Shown piece by piece: positions 18,900 through 28,403 of a DNA stretch of 64,000 nt (within the stretch, counting starts at the first letter, position 1; each line of letters starts with the position of its first letter). Position numbers and translations under genes: made by a program. The DNA is from Armatimonadota bacterium (lineage in GTDB: Bacteria; Armatimonadota; SYMT01): assembly GCA_041690135.1 (NCBI GenBank), contig JAWLHY010000018.1:96001-160000 (forward strand), read 5' to 3'. The notes beneath the pieces are model-generated. The model saw nothing but the letters and a program-made list of their open reading frames with translations. It was not told the origin of the DNA and did no database searches.

Positions 18900-20258
18900 A
18901 TGCAGGTGGCAGACTGGCAGGCACTCGACTCGGCAATCCTGGCGCAGATGGAGCAGCGGCATATCCCAGGCGCTTCGGTGGCGGTGGTGGAACGCGGAAG
19001 CGTCACTTACGTTCGTGGGTACGGGCAGGCGAACCTGGAGTGGGGAATCCCGGCCCAACCCGACACCGCCTTTGAAATCGCCTCGGTCACCAAGCCATTC
19101 ACCGCAACTGGGGTCATGCTGTTGGCGACGGATGGAAAGCTGGACCTCGACGATCCAATAACGCGGTATCTTCCGGAACTGCCCTCCGCTTACGCCAGCG
19201 TTGTTGTGCGCCGGCTCCTCTCCCATACCGCGGGGGTGATCCGCGATGGGATGGACGGTTACTGGAAAGCTCCTCCGGCCATCGCCCGGGACTACTCGCG
19301 CGAGGAGATGCTGGAGCTTATCGGTGCAGCCTCTCTCTGCTTCTCACCGGGTGATAAGTATGCCTACAGTAATAGTGGTTACTTCCTGCTGGGTCTGGTG
19401 ATCGAGCTTCTCTCCGGCGAGAGCTATTCCGATTTTATGTCCCGGCGTCTCTTCGGGCCGCTGGGGATGGAGGATACCCGACCGGCTACACGTCGGGATC
19501 TCCTGCCGCGTCGGGCTGCCGGATACTCTTGGGAAGAGGGCGCCTATCGGAATGCCCCCTACTGTGGCCTGACGCACCACTTCTCCAACGGCGGCCTGGC
19601 TTCCACGGTCCTCGATCTGGCGCGCTGGGATGCCGCCCTCTCCAGCGACCGTCTTCTTCCGCAGATGGTCTGGCTGGAGATGTGGACGCCGGTCTGCCTG
19701 AACGACGGCACCGAGGCGGTTTCGGGCCGGGATGCGCTGGGGCTGGGCCAACCTTCCCACACCGGCCTGGGATGGGGGCTTTCCGGCTATCGAGGGCATC
19801 GCACCGTCGGTCACTCCGGAGCGCTGCCGGGTTACACCTCGCAGTTCACCCGCTATCCGGACGACGGAGTTACGATCATTGTGCTCTGTAACAACTGGGC
19901 CGGGGAAGATGGGCGGAACCACGCCCCCACCCTCGCCCGGACGGTGGCCGATCACTGTGTGCCGGACCTGGCGCCGCTTACACCTGCCGAGTTGGCCGCG
20001 TTGGCGTACTGGGAGCAGGACTTCCCGGAAGCAGCCCGGCGTTACGTGGATCTCCTGGACGGGGGGGAAGCCAACCCGGAAGCGGCCTATAATGCCGCGC
20101 GCTGTTTCGCGCGCGCCGGCGACGCGGGCGAAGCGTTTGTTTACCTTCGCAGAGCGCGTGATCAGGGAATGACCGACGGGAGCCGCGCCGCGGAAGAGAA
20201 GGACTTCGAGTCGCTGCGCGCCGACCCACGCTGGGCGGAACTGGAGAGCGTGGAGTAA
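18900..20258 (+). CDS. serine hydrolase (beta-lactamase/AmpC-like) with C-terminal TPR-like tail
   Basis: ASVTK (SxxK), LLSHTAG, YAYSNSGY, GHSG; C-terminal AAYNAARCFA...DFESLRADPRW. Confidence 0.9.
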   Translation: MQVADWQALDSAILAQMEQRHIPGASVAVVERGSVTYVRGYGQANLEWGIPAQPDTAFEIASVTKPFTATGVMLLATDGKLDLDDPITRYLPELPSAYASVVVRRLLSHTAGVIRDGMDGYWKAPPAIARDYSREEMLELIGAASLCFSPGDKYAYSNSGYFLLGLVIELLSGESYSDFMSRRLFGPLGMEDTRPATRRDLLPRRAAGYSWEEGAYRNAPYCGLTHHFSNGGLASTVLDLARWDAALSSDRLLPQMVWLEMWTPVCLNDGTEAVSGRDALGLGQPSHTGLGWGLSGYRGHRTVGHSGALPGYTSQFTRYPDDGVTIIVLCNNWAGEDGRNHAPTLARTVADHCVPDLAPLTPAELAALAYWEQDFPEAARRYVDLLDGGEANPEAAYNAARCFARAGDAGEAFVYLRRARDQGMTDGSRAAEEKDFESLRADPRWAELESVE

Positions 20259-20269
20259 GCAGCGGGCCG

Positions 20270-23200
20270 CTACGCCAACTCTGCTCCATCGACTGCTGGC
20301 TCGGCTTTCTTTCCTTCTTCTACCTGGGCGCGCAGATAGGCGAGGATGAAGGGATCGATCATGCCGTCTTTCAGCACGGTATCGGGACGGCCGGTGCGGG
20401 TATCGGTCCGCGGGTCGCGCACGGAAGGGTGACGCCCGGTGCTGTAGGTTCGTACGACCTCCGAAAGCGCCGTCTCTTCGCTCGCCATCTGGGCGGGGGA
20501 AGACAGCAGTCCGCCCAAAACAGAGCGGACGGCCTCCGGGCTCGGATCTTCCAACGGCTCATGCACGGCGTAAACCCGGACCCTCGCCAGATTCCGCTGC
20601 CGGGCTTCACCGTTGTTCTCGGTGAAGCGGTGGAGTCCTTCCTCGCTCCGTAGAAACTCGTAGACGTGCGTTCCCCGGACGTAAAGTGATGGCCCTCGGT
20701 CCGCCATGCCGTTCCCCGCCCGCGAAGGGTTCTCGGCGTCCGGGATCTCCAGCAAGTGACACTCGTAACCCTTACGCTCTGCCCACTGGCGGTACATTCT
20801 CGCGAGGCGTGCCGCCCACGGTTCGGCCTCCGCACCTAACGGCAGAATCCGGATGAGGGCCCGGTCGTTCCGCTCGCCGACCGCGGTGGCCGCCATCTCG
20901 ATCTCCAGGTAGGTCAGGTCGTCGCCAAGGCGGCTCACCGCTTCGGAACATTCGAGGAGTTCCCGGCGGTCCTTCTGCCGGCGCAATGCACCGGACTTTT
21001 CCTCCAGGCGCTCGACCCGCTCGAGGAGAACATCCACGCGACGCAGCACTCGCTCGATCCGGTACACCCGGCGCAGCAGGTCGCGCGCGGCCACGGGCTC
21101 GTCCCAAAAGCTGGGCTCGCGGGTCCGCTCCAGCAGGGTGGAGACCTCCTCCCGGAGACTCTCGCCTCTCCGGCCGTGTTGCAGGTCGTCGATGCGGGCA
21201 TGCAGCCCGGCGAGGGTCTGCTGAATCTCGACCAACCCGGTTTCCAGGCGACGCTCGGACCGAGATAGGGTGGCGACAGGCGGTTCGGCTCCCGGTTCCG
21301 GTTCGATCCGGTTCAGGATCAACTCGATCTCGCCGTCGCGAAGCGTGAACCGCAGCAGGTGTTGGCTGGTCGCGCGCTGCTCCACCAGTACCTGCGCCAG
21401 TGGCAGGATGACGGCCCGCTCGATTTCCCGCTTGAGGGGGCGAGCGCCGTAAAGGGGATGGAAGCCACGCGCCGCCAGCCGATCGATAACGGTGTCGTCG
21501 ATCTCCACCAGCAGTTCGCGTCGTACGATCCCCTCTCGCATCAGGAGTTTCCCCAACTCGCGGCGGGTGATGCGGCGGATCGCCTCTTCGGATAGGGGGC
21601 GAAACGCCACGATCCGATCGATCCGGTTGAAGAATTCGGGTCGGAAGAAGGCTTCGGCCTCGCGGATGAAATGGGACTCCAGTTGATGAGGGTTGCCCGT
21701 GCCCTCGGCGAAGCCCAGAGGCCGGAGTTGGCGTTGACCGGCCCCGAGGTTCGAGGTCATGACCACGATCGCATTGCGGAAATCAGCGGTACGGCCCCCG
21801 GCGTCGGTGAGCCGTCCTTCACCCAGGACGCTCAGCAGCACGTCGAAGACCTCCGGGTGGGCCTTTTCGATCTCGTCGAGCAAGACCACGCAGAACGGCT
21901 GCTCGCGCACCTTCCGGGTCAGTTCTCCGGCTTCGGCCTTCCAGGCAGACCCAATAAGACGCGGCACGGCATCCAGCGAAGAGTACTCGCTCATGTCGAA
22001 GCGCAGCATGCGATCCCGGCTGCCGAAGAGGTACTCCGCCAGCACCTTCGCCATTTCCGTTTTGCCGACGCCGGTAGGCCCGACGAAGAAGAAGCTCCCC
22101 AGCGGCTTCTGCGGATCGTTCAACCCGGCCTTCAGAACGGTGACCAACCCGGTCATGGCCTCCACGGCATCCGGTTGGCCGAGCAGCCGATCCTCGAAAT
22201 GCGCGCGAACCTCCGCCACCGGAAGCGGGACCTCATCGGAGAGCAGAAACTCCGGCAGGCCGGTGGAACGTGCGAACCCCCGGATGGCTTCGGTGCGGCC
22301 CAATTCGCGGGGTGCACCCTCGCCGCCCGCACCGGCGGCCAGATCGCTGGTAAGCTGGTCCAGATAGCGGACTGCCTTGCCGGGGAACGCACGGTAAGGG
22401 AGATAACGGCGGGTGAGATCACAAATACTCGTCAGTGCGGCTGGCTGAATCTTGACCGGCAATTCCTGTTCCAGGCGTAGCGCGGTAGCCTGCAGAATGG
22501 CGAGGGTATCCGCTTCGCCGGTTTCGGACACCTCGATCTTCCGGAAGGCGTGAATGAAGCTGGGCTCGCGTCGCAGTTCGGCGGCGTAAGCTTCGGGCGA
22601 ACACTCGCAAATCAGCGTGATCTCCCGGCTCTCCATGTATGGTCGCAAATACCGGCCGAGGTTGCTGTCGCTATCCTCGCAGCGACCGGCGTTCAGGATC
22701 TCGTTCGGATCCCCCATGTAGACGATCTGGCGCCCCCGGGAGACCTGACGCACGAGAGCCTGTGCTCGACCCTGCCATTCGCCGTAGTACTTCATCCCGG
22801 CAATCAGGTTGTTGCCGGTCACGCTCCAGAGGGCGCGGTCGCGGAGCGCCTCCGGGACCTCTCCCCTGCTCAGCCGGCGGGCCAACTCGTTGACCAGGGC
22901 CGTTTTCCCGGCGTCCGGAGGGCCTACCAGCAGCAGCCCGCCGCAGCGTCCGGAAGCCAGCGCGGTGAGCATCCGGTCCAGTAGCTCCTCGCGGCGGTCC
23001 GCACCGCCCAGCCGCCCACCGGCCGCCTGAGCGGTGAGGTCCGTGCCGCAGATGGTGAGGACATCTTCCCCCTCCTCCTGGTCCGAGTCAGAGAGGTCAG
23101 CGTCATCATCGTCTTCATCCTCCTCGCCGGGAGATGGGGCGGGTAAGGCCAGCGTGATGGCTTCCAGTGAGTCCGGTTCCGCCTGGTTCAGCCGGAAGAG

Positions 23201-23629
23201 CTTTGCAGGCTTGCATGCCGCCAGTTGTTCCGTGAGATGGCGCCGTGCCTCCGGCTCAACCCGGTCGCGGTCCGGAACGAGGAGCTGCAGGCGTTTGAAG
23301 TCGGGAGCCGTGACGAGATAGAGACTGTCCTCGCCGCGGGGTTGGCGGGCGACCAGCAGCGTTACCGGAACCTGGCAGCGTTTCCCCTTCTCCCCGCCGG
23401 GAAGCGCTGCATCGAGGTGGAGCGTGCGGAGCTCCAACTCCGGATGGAGTTGGAGTTGGCCCCAACTGGAGCGATCCCGCCAGCGGATCTGATCGTCCAG
23501 CTCGCTCCGGATTGCCCGGAGCGCGGTTTCGCGGTCCGGTTCGAAAGCGGTGACGTTGGGAATACCGACCACCTCGGCGTAGACCCCACCGGAACGGGGA
23601 CGGAGTAGAACGTAGAGCTGGAGATCCAT
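20270..23629 (-). CDS. Clp/Hsp100-like double AAA+ ATPase fused to an RF2-like (PCRF) domain lacking GGQ
   Basis: GPPDAGKT, GPTGVGKT, VVLLDEIEKAH, RFDMSEY, FRPEFFNRID, YGARPLKR; C-terminal EPSFWDEP, WAARLARMYRQWAERKGY, LRSEEGLHR, VRTY...VRDPRT...DGMIDPFI. Confidence 0.9.
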   Translation of the reverse strand: MDLQLYVLLRPRSGGVYAEVVGIPNVTAFEPDRETALRAIRSELDDQIRWRDRSSWGQLQLHPELELRTLHLDAALPGGEKGKRCQVPVTLLVARQPRGEDSLYLVTAPDFKRLQLLVPDRDRVEPEARRHLTEQLAACKPAKLFRLNQAEPDSLEAITLALPAPSPGEEDEDDDDADLSDSDQEEGEDVLTICGTDLTAQAAGGRLGGADRREELLDRMLTALASGRCGGLLLVGPPDAGKTALVNELARRLSRGEVPEALRDRALWSVTGNNLIAGMKYYGEWQGRAQALVRQVSRGRQIVYMGDPNEILNAGRCEDSDSNLGRYLRPYMESREITLICECSPEAYAAELRREPSFIHAFRKIEVSETGEADTLAILQATALRLEQELPVKIQPAALTSICDLTRRYLPYRAFPGKAVRYLDQLTSDLAAGAGGEGAPRELGRTEAIRGFARSTGLPEFLLSDEVPLPVAEVRAHFEDRLLGQPDAVEAMTGLVTVLKAGLNDPQKPLGSFFFVGPTGVGKTEMAKVLAEYLFGSRDRMLRFDMSEYSSLDAVPRLIGSAWKAEAGELTRKVREQPFCVVLLDEIEKAHPEVFDVLLSVLGEGRLTDAGGRTADFRNAIVVMTSNLGAGQRQLRPLGFAEGTGNPHQLESHFIREAEAFFRPEFFNRIDRIVAFRPLSEEAIRRITRRELGKLLMREGIVRRELLVEIDDTVIDRLAARGFHPLYGARPLKREIERAVILPLAQVLVEQRATSQHLLRFTLRDGEIELILNRIEPEPGAEPPVATLSRSERRLETGLVEIQQTLAGLHARIDDLQHGRRGESLREEVSTLLERTREPSFWDEPVAARDLLRRVYRIERVLRRVDVLLERVERLEEKSGALRRQKDRRELLECSEAVSRLGDDLTYLEIEMAATAVGERNDRALIRILPLGAEAEPWAARLARMYRQWAERKGYECHLLEIPDAENPSRAGNGMADRGPSLYVRGTHVYEFLRSEEGLHRFTENNGEARQRNLARVRVYAVHEPLEDPSPEAVRSVLGGLLSSPAQMASEETALSEVVRTYSTGRHPSVRDPRTDTRTGRPDTVLKDGMIDPFILAYLRAQVEEGKKAEPAVDGAELA

Positions 23630-23767
23630 AGCAGTGTTGGGGAATGCAACCGTTGGGAGTGGTCGTTACAGGTTCGATCCGGCAGTGCCTTATGCCTTCA
23701 GGCGGCTCCCATGCCAACCGTTCTTCCACGGGGCGCATTCTATGGATATCCTGCTATGGATATCCTG

Positions 23768-24430
23768 ATGGGAACTTCCCGGTTCCGGCGGAGGCCGGCG
23801 GAGGACAGCGCGATGTTGATGTGGATTTCCGGGTTCCTGCTGGTGCCCACCTTTCAAGATTGGTGCGGGATTCCTCTCCTGGTGGTGGGTACGGCGTTGT
23901 TGTTCTTATGGGGCACCCAATGGAGGCGCCCGGAGGGAGTGGCCAGCCTGGGGGCGACGCGTGCCTGGATCGTGGGGTTGGGTGCCGAGGAACTGCTGGT
24001 AGGAGCCCTTACAGGATTGCCCGCCGGAATCTCCACCGCATGGCCATGGTTTCTGGCGATCCCTATTCCGTGGTGGGTGGGGCCCGCACTGCTCCTTTTC
24101 GGACTTTCGCTGTTGGCTGCCGCGGCTATTGAGGTGATGCCGCCTGAGTGGCTGCTGCCGGTGCGCGGCCGCTGGGCGCGCCTCCTGGGCGCCTGCCTCG
24201 GAACGATAGCCCTGTTCGCGGTGAGCCCCTGCTGGGTCTTCCTGGCGCTCCTCTGGAAGGGCGCCCCCTGGACCCTCGATCCGGTCCAGCTGCTTGCGGC
24301 GCGGGCGGCCACCCTGGTCCTGGGAACGGTTGTTCTGTTGTATACGGGGAGCTTCGTGAGGGCCTTTCACGCCGTGGGAGCGCGCCACCCCTTCCGCACC
24401 CCTCCAGGCGGCCTGGCGGTAGGATCTTAA
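23768..24430 (+). CDS. hypothetical multi-pass membrane protein
   Basis: several hydrophobic Trp-rich segments; start uncertain. Confidence 0.6.
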   Translation: MGTSRFRRRPAEDSAMLMWISGFLLVPTFQDWCGIPLLVVGTALLFLWGTQWRRPEGVASLGATRAWIVGLGAEELLVGALTGLPAGISTAWPWFLAIPIPWWVGPALLLFGLSLLAAAAIEVMPPEWLLPVRGRWARLLGACLGTIALFAVSPCWVFLALLWKGAPWTLDPVQLLAARAATLVLGTVVLLYTGSFVRAFHAVGARHPFRTPPGGLAVGS

Positions 24431-24462
24431 GGGGTGTGCCAGCCGCTCGTCGCTCGCGTTGC

Positions 24463-25200
24463 TCAGTCGTCCGACAGGTTCCGGCGCTCGCTTGAGTCGC
24501 GCTGGGGTCGTGGAATTTCACGGTCACGGATCAGCCGAGAGAGGGATGAACCTCCGGGCAGGCCCCGGGTTCCGTTCTGCAGGGCACGATCCACTCCACT
24601 CCAGGTCTCCCCCGGCACATCCGGGACGGGTCCGCGTGAAGAGGTGGGCCAGCGCCCATGCTTTCGGTAGTAGGCCTCGGCCCAGTTGAAAATAGCCTCT
24701 TCGGAGAGGGGCGCGCGCGTGGCCGACCCCGAGACTCCTCGCTCCTCCGCCAGGAGGCGGGCCAGGGACTTGCCTCCGGGAAGTCCCCGCAAGCCCTGGC
24801 TGAGGGCTCGATCCACTCCGGACCAGCTTTCTCCCGCCGTACTCGGGATAGGCCCGCTGGAAACCGTGGGGTACCGCCCGTTTTCCACGCGGTAGGCGTC
24901 CGCCCAGGCAAGAATTTGTTCAATCGTCAAGGGCGGACGCGGCGGCCGTACCTTCCGTCCCATCCGGTCCGCGAGGAGACGGGCCAACGAGGACCCTCCC
25001 GGTAAACCGCGTCCGCCGTACTGGAGCGCGGCATCGACGCCACGCCAGGTCAGCTCCGGCGCTTCCTCAACCGGCGCGGCAGTCGCCGTGGGCCACTTGC
25101 CGGTGCGCCGATGGTGGGCCTCCGCCCAGGACAGGACTTCTTCTTCTGTCAACTGACGCTTGGGAACGGCAGTTCGGTTAGGAACGCGTTCGTCACTCAT
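24463..25200 (-). CDS. three-repeat helical protein, possibly nucleic-acid binding
   Basis: three units of about 73 aa: L(T/S)xEx(I/V)xxWA(E/D)A...GxWP(T)...WxGVDxALxxGxRGLPGGxSLxRL. Confidence 0.8.
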   Translation of the reverse strand: MSDERVPNRTAVPKRQLTEEEVLSWAEAHHRRTGKWPTATAAPVEEAPELTWRGVDAALQYGGRGLPGGSSLARLLADRMGRKVRPPRPPLTIEQILAWADAYRVENGRYPTVSSGPIPSTAGESWSGVDRALSQGLRGLPGGKSLARLLAEERGVSGSATRAPLSEEAIFNWAEAYYRKHGRWPTSSRGPVPDVPGETWSGVDRALQNGTRGLPGGSSLSRLIRDREIPRPQRDSSERRNLSDD

Positions 25201-25760
25201 TGCATTTTTCCGGTGTGGGCTCAGCCCCTCCGCGCGCGGCGGAGACAGCCGGTCTGACAACCCAAAGGTTACAGAATTCTTCCTTAGGGTAACGGTTTGC
25301 TTGGTGGATTGGCAACTAGAGTTCCGTGTGATACGGGCACGATTTTCGGTGCGATAGATTGAATTCTTTTATCCTACTCCATCATTGAAGGGTCATGCTA
25401 TAAACTTGGGAAATGTAATTGGAGATGCAGTCATCCCAGGCACGCCAATGCCTTGGGACAGTGCCGGAATGCTAATGCTCCATATAGAGCTTTTCAATAA
25501 GAATAGTTGGCATGTGCTCGCTTTGCAAGTTGGCAGGGGCTAATTCCATCCAATGGTGGGGCCAGCGCACCCGTCCCCATTCGGGACACCGCTACCCCCT
25601 TGGGGAGGGCACGGGGAGACCGGTCCCGAACGTAGCGGGGAAGTTCTTGCGTTACGGACACGGGATGTGAGCCTACGAGAAGGTTGGAGGGAGCAGAGCC
25701 CCTCCTCACTTGCCGGAAGTCGCTCCGGATCGCCGTTCCGCAGATCGGGGTTTCAAGCAG

Positions 25761-27035
25761 ATGCGTGAAAGATGGGTCCTTTCTCTGGTGATGCTGCCGG
25801 TGATCGGTGCGGCCGCGTTGGTACCGGTGAGTGCGCCGAACGCGGCGCCCGGTGGAATTACCTGGCGCAAGCAGGTGCTCGACCGGAAGTTCCGCGCGGA
25901 GGGAGCGGCGGCCGCGGATGTCAACCGGGACGGGAAAATGGATGTCTTCGCCGGCAACTTCTGGTATGAGGCGCCGGACTGGAAACCGCACGCTATCCGT
26001 CCCGCTAAAGAGTTTGAGCCCGCGACAGGCTACAGCAACTGCTTCCTCACGTTCGCGGAAGACGTGGATCGGGATGGTTGGACCGATCAACTGGTGATCG
26101 GTTTTCCGGGGGACAAGTCACTCTGGTACCGCAACCCCGGCCGGAGCGGAAGTGAGTGGACGGAGCACCTGGTTGCGGAGAGTGCCTGCAACGAGAGCCC
26201 CATCTACGCGGATCTGAACGGGGATCGGCGACCGGAGCTGATTACGCCTTACAAGGAATCCCGAATGGCTTACTACCAGCCCGGTAAGAAACCGCTGGAG
26301 CGATTCGAGCAGTTCCTGATCGGGTCGGAGAACGGGCCGGGCACCAAGAAGTTTTCACACGGCCTGGGGGTCGGCGACATCGATGGGGACGGCGCTCCGG
26401 ACATCCTCTGCTCCGAGGGGTTTTACCGGAATCCCGGTTACGAGGCTCGACCCCGGCGCAACCTGTTCTCACGTTTGTTCGGAGCGGATCCGAAGCCCGG
26501 GCGAAAGATCAAGCCAGGTGCATGGGAGTTCGTTCCCGCCGCTCTCGGGCCGGCGTGCGCACAGATGTACACCCACGACTTCGACCGTGACGGCGACATG
26601 GATGTCATCAGCAGCTCGGCGCACGCCGTGGGCGTGTGGTGGTACGAGCAGCGGCCGGGAAAGAAATCCGGGCATCCGGAGTTCGTTCAGCACACCATCG
26701 ACGATACCTTTTCGCAGACCCACTCCCTGATGCCGGCGGATATCAATGGCGACGGACAGGTGGATTTCGTGACGGGCAAACGCTGGTGGGCCCATGGCCC
26801 GAAGGGCGATGTGAACCCGAACGATCCCGCGGTTCTCTACTGGTTCGAATTCCGCACGACCCGCAGAAGGGGGAAAGACGTTCCGGCACGCGTGGAATGG
26901 AAGCGCCACCTGATCGATAGCGATTCAGGGGTCGGCACCCAGTTCAGTGTCGCTCACATGAACCGGGACCGCCGCCCCGACCTGGTGATCTCCAACAAGA
27001 AGGGGGTCTTCGTCTTTACGCAGGAGTCCCGATGA
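25761..27035 (+). CDS. secreted FG-GAP/VCBS repeat protein
   Basis: signal peptide; repeats ADVNRDGKMD, DVDRDGWTD, DLNGDRRPE, DIDGDGAPD, DFDRDGDMD, DINGDGQVD. Confidence 0.9.
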   Translation: MRERWVLSLVMLPVIGAAALVPVSAPNAAPGGITWRKQVLDRKFRAEGAAAADVNRDGKMDVFAGNFWYEAPDWKPHAIRPAKEFEPATGYSNCFLTFAEDVDRDGWTDQLVIGFPGDKSLWYRNPGRSGSEWTEHLVAESACNESPIYADLNGDRRPELITPYKESRMAYYQPGKKPLERFEQFLIGSENGPGTKKFSHGLGVGDIDGDGAPDILCSEGFYRNPGYEARPRRNLFSRLFGADPKPGRKIKPGAWEFVPAALGPACAQMYTHDFDRDGDMDVISSSAHAVGVWWYEQRPGKKSGHPEFVQHTIDDTFSQTHSLMPADINGDGQVDFVTGKRWWAHGPKGDVNPNDPAVLYWFEFRTTRRRGKDVPARVEWKRHLIDSDSGVGTQFSVAHMNRDRRPDLVISNKKGVFVFTQESR

Positions 27036-28399
27036 GCCACGGAATCACCTCAACCGACCCTCACCCCGGAAGCCCGCGCCGCGGCTTCCTCGCCTGGTGG
27101 CACGGAGTTCCGCTCTATCTGCGAATTCTCGGTGCGCTGCTGTTGGGGGTGCTGGTCGGCGCCGTGATCCAGCAGACCGCGGGGGAAGCCGCTGAAGGCT
27201 ATGCCCGTGCCCTGGAAGAGCCGAGTAAGCTGATTCTGCGGGTGCTAGGTGCGCTCGCACCGCCGCTCATTCTGGTGGCGATCATCCATGCGTTGATGAC
27301 GGCGGAACTCGGCGGAAACCGGGCGGCACGAATGGCGGGGCTTCTGATTCTGAACACCCTTGTCGCCATCATCATCGGCCTGTTCGTCGCCAATCTCATT
27401 CGGCCGGGCCAACACGCCCGCTTGACGCCGGAGCGAGCCCCGACCCTGGCGGAGCGGGCTACTGATCCGGAAGAGCGCCGCAATCTGGAGTTCCTCGAGA
27501 AGTACGGCTTCCGGCCGTCCGCCGCCGAGCGCAGGGATCCCCTCTCGCAGTTCCTCGATAACGTTCCGGACAGCCTGCTGCGGCCGCTGGTGGAAACCAA
27601 TAAGGTCATCGGCGTCATTTTCGTAGCGGTGGCGTTCGGGATCGCGCTGCGGAGTCAGCGTCGCCGAAAACTGGAGACGGTGGAAGACCTGGTCGACGTG
27701 GCCTTCCAGTCGCTGCTGGTCGTCCTCCATTGGGTCATCCAGGTGGTGCCGTTGGGGGTGTTCGGCATTGTCGCCGCTATCGTGGCGAAATCGGGGTTCG
27801 CGCCCTTCGCCGCCCTGGGCGCCTTCATTCTCTCCGTGCTGCTGGCGCTGACCCTGCAAGCCGTCTACTACCTGGTGCGGGTGCGGTTCGCCTCGTGGGT
27901 TAATCCGCTGGACCTGATTCGCGGTACGCGCGACGCCCTGGTGATGGCATTCTCCACCGCCAGTTCCACGGCGACGATGCCTGTCACCTATGAATGCCTG
28001 CGGGACAAAGTGAAGATCCGGGAAGAGTCCGCCAGCATGGGGGCGCTCGTGGGGGCGAATTTCAACAACGATGGGACGGCTCTCTACGAGGCGATGTCGG
28101 CCTTGTTCATCTCGCAGATGCTGGGGATGAACCTGCCGCTCGAAAAGCAGATCATCGTGGTGCTGACTTCGGTAGTCGCGTCGGTGGGTGCGGCCGGCAT
28201 CCCCGAGGCCGGCCTGGTAACCATGACCCTGGTGTTCAAGTCCGTGGGGCTACCGACGGAGTACATCGCCCTGTTAATTACCGTGGACTGGTTCCTGGAC
28301 CGCTGCCGCACCGCCATCAACGTGATGGGCGACACCAACGTGAGCTGTATCCTCGACGGCAAAGTCTCGCCGAAAGCGGCCGGTGCCATGACGGATTAG
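27032..28399 (+). CDS. dicarboxylate/amino acid:cation symporter (DAACS)
   Basis: AFSTASSTATMP, GANFNNDGTALYE, DWFLDRCRTAINVMGD. Confidence 0.93.
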   Translation: MSHGITSTDPHPGSPRRGFLAWWHGVPLYLRILGALLLGVLVGAVIQQTAGEAAEGYARALEEPSKLILRVLGALAPPLILVAIIHALMTAELGGNRAARMAGLLILNTLVAIIIGLFVANLIRPGQHARLTPERAPTLAERATDPEERRNLEFLEKYGFRPSAAERRDPLSQFLDNVPDSLLRPLVETNKVIGVIFVAVAFGIALRSQRRRKLETVEDLVDVAFQSLLVVLHWVIQVVPLGVFGIVAAIVAKSGFAPFAALGAFILSVLLALTLQAVYYLVRVRFASWVNPLDLIRGTRDALVMAFSTASSTATMPVTYECLRDKVKIREESASMGALVGANFNNDGTALYEAMSALFISQMLGMNLPLEKQIIVVLTSVVASVGAAGIPEAGLVTMTLVFKSVGLPTEYIALLITVDWFLDRCRTAINVMGDTNVSCILDGKVSPKAAGAMTD

Positions 28400-28403
28400 A
28401 AGG

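Noticed and set aside
20270-21200. RF2-like region as a bona fide prfB joined by frameshift
   Set aside because: No CTT TGA slippery site at the junction, no SPF or GGQ, and the frame is continuous with the AAA+ part.
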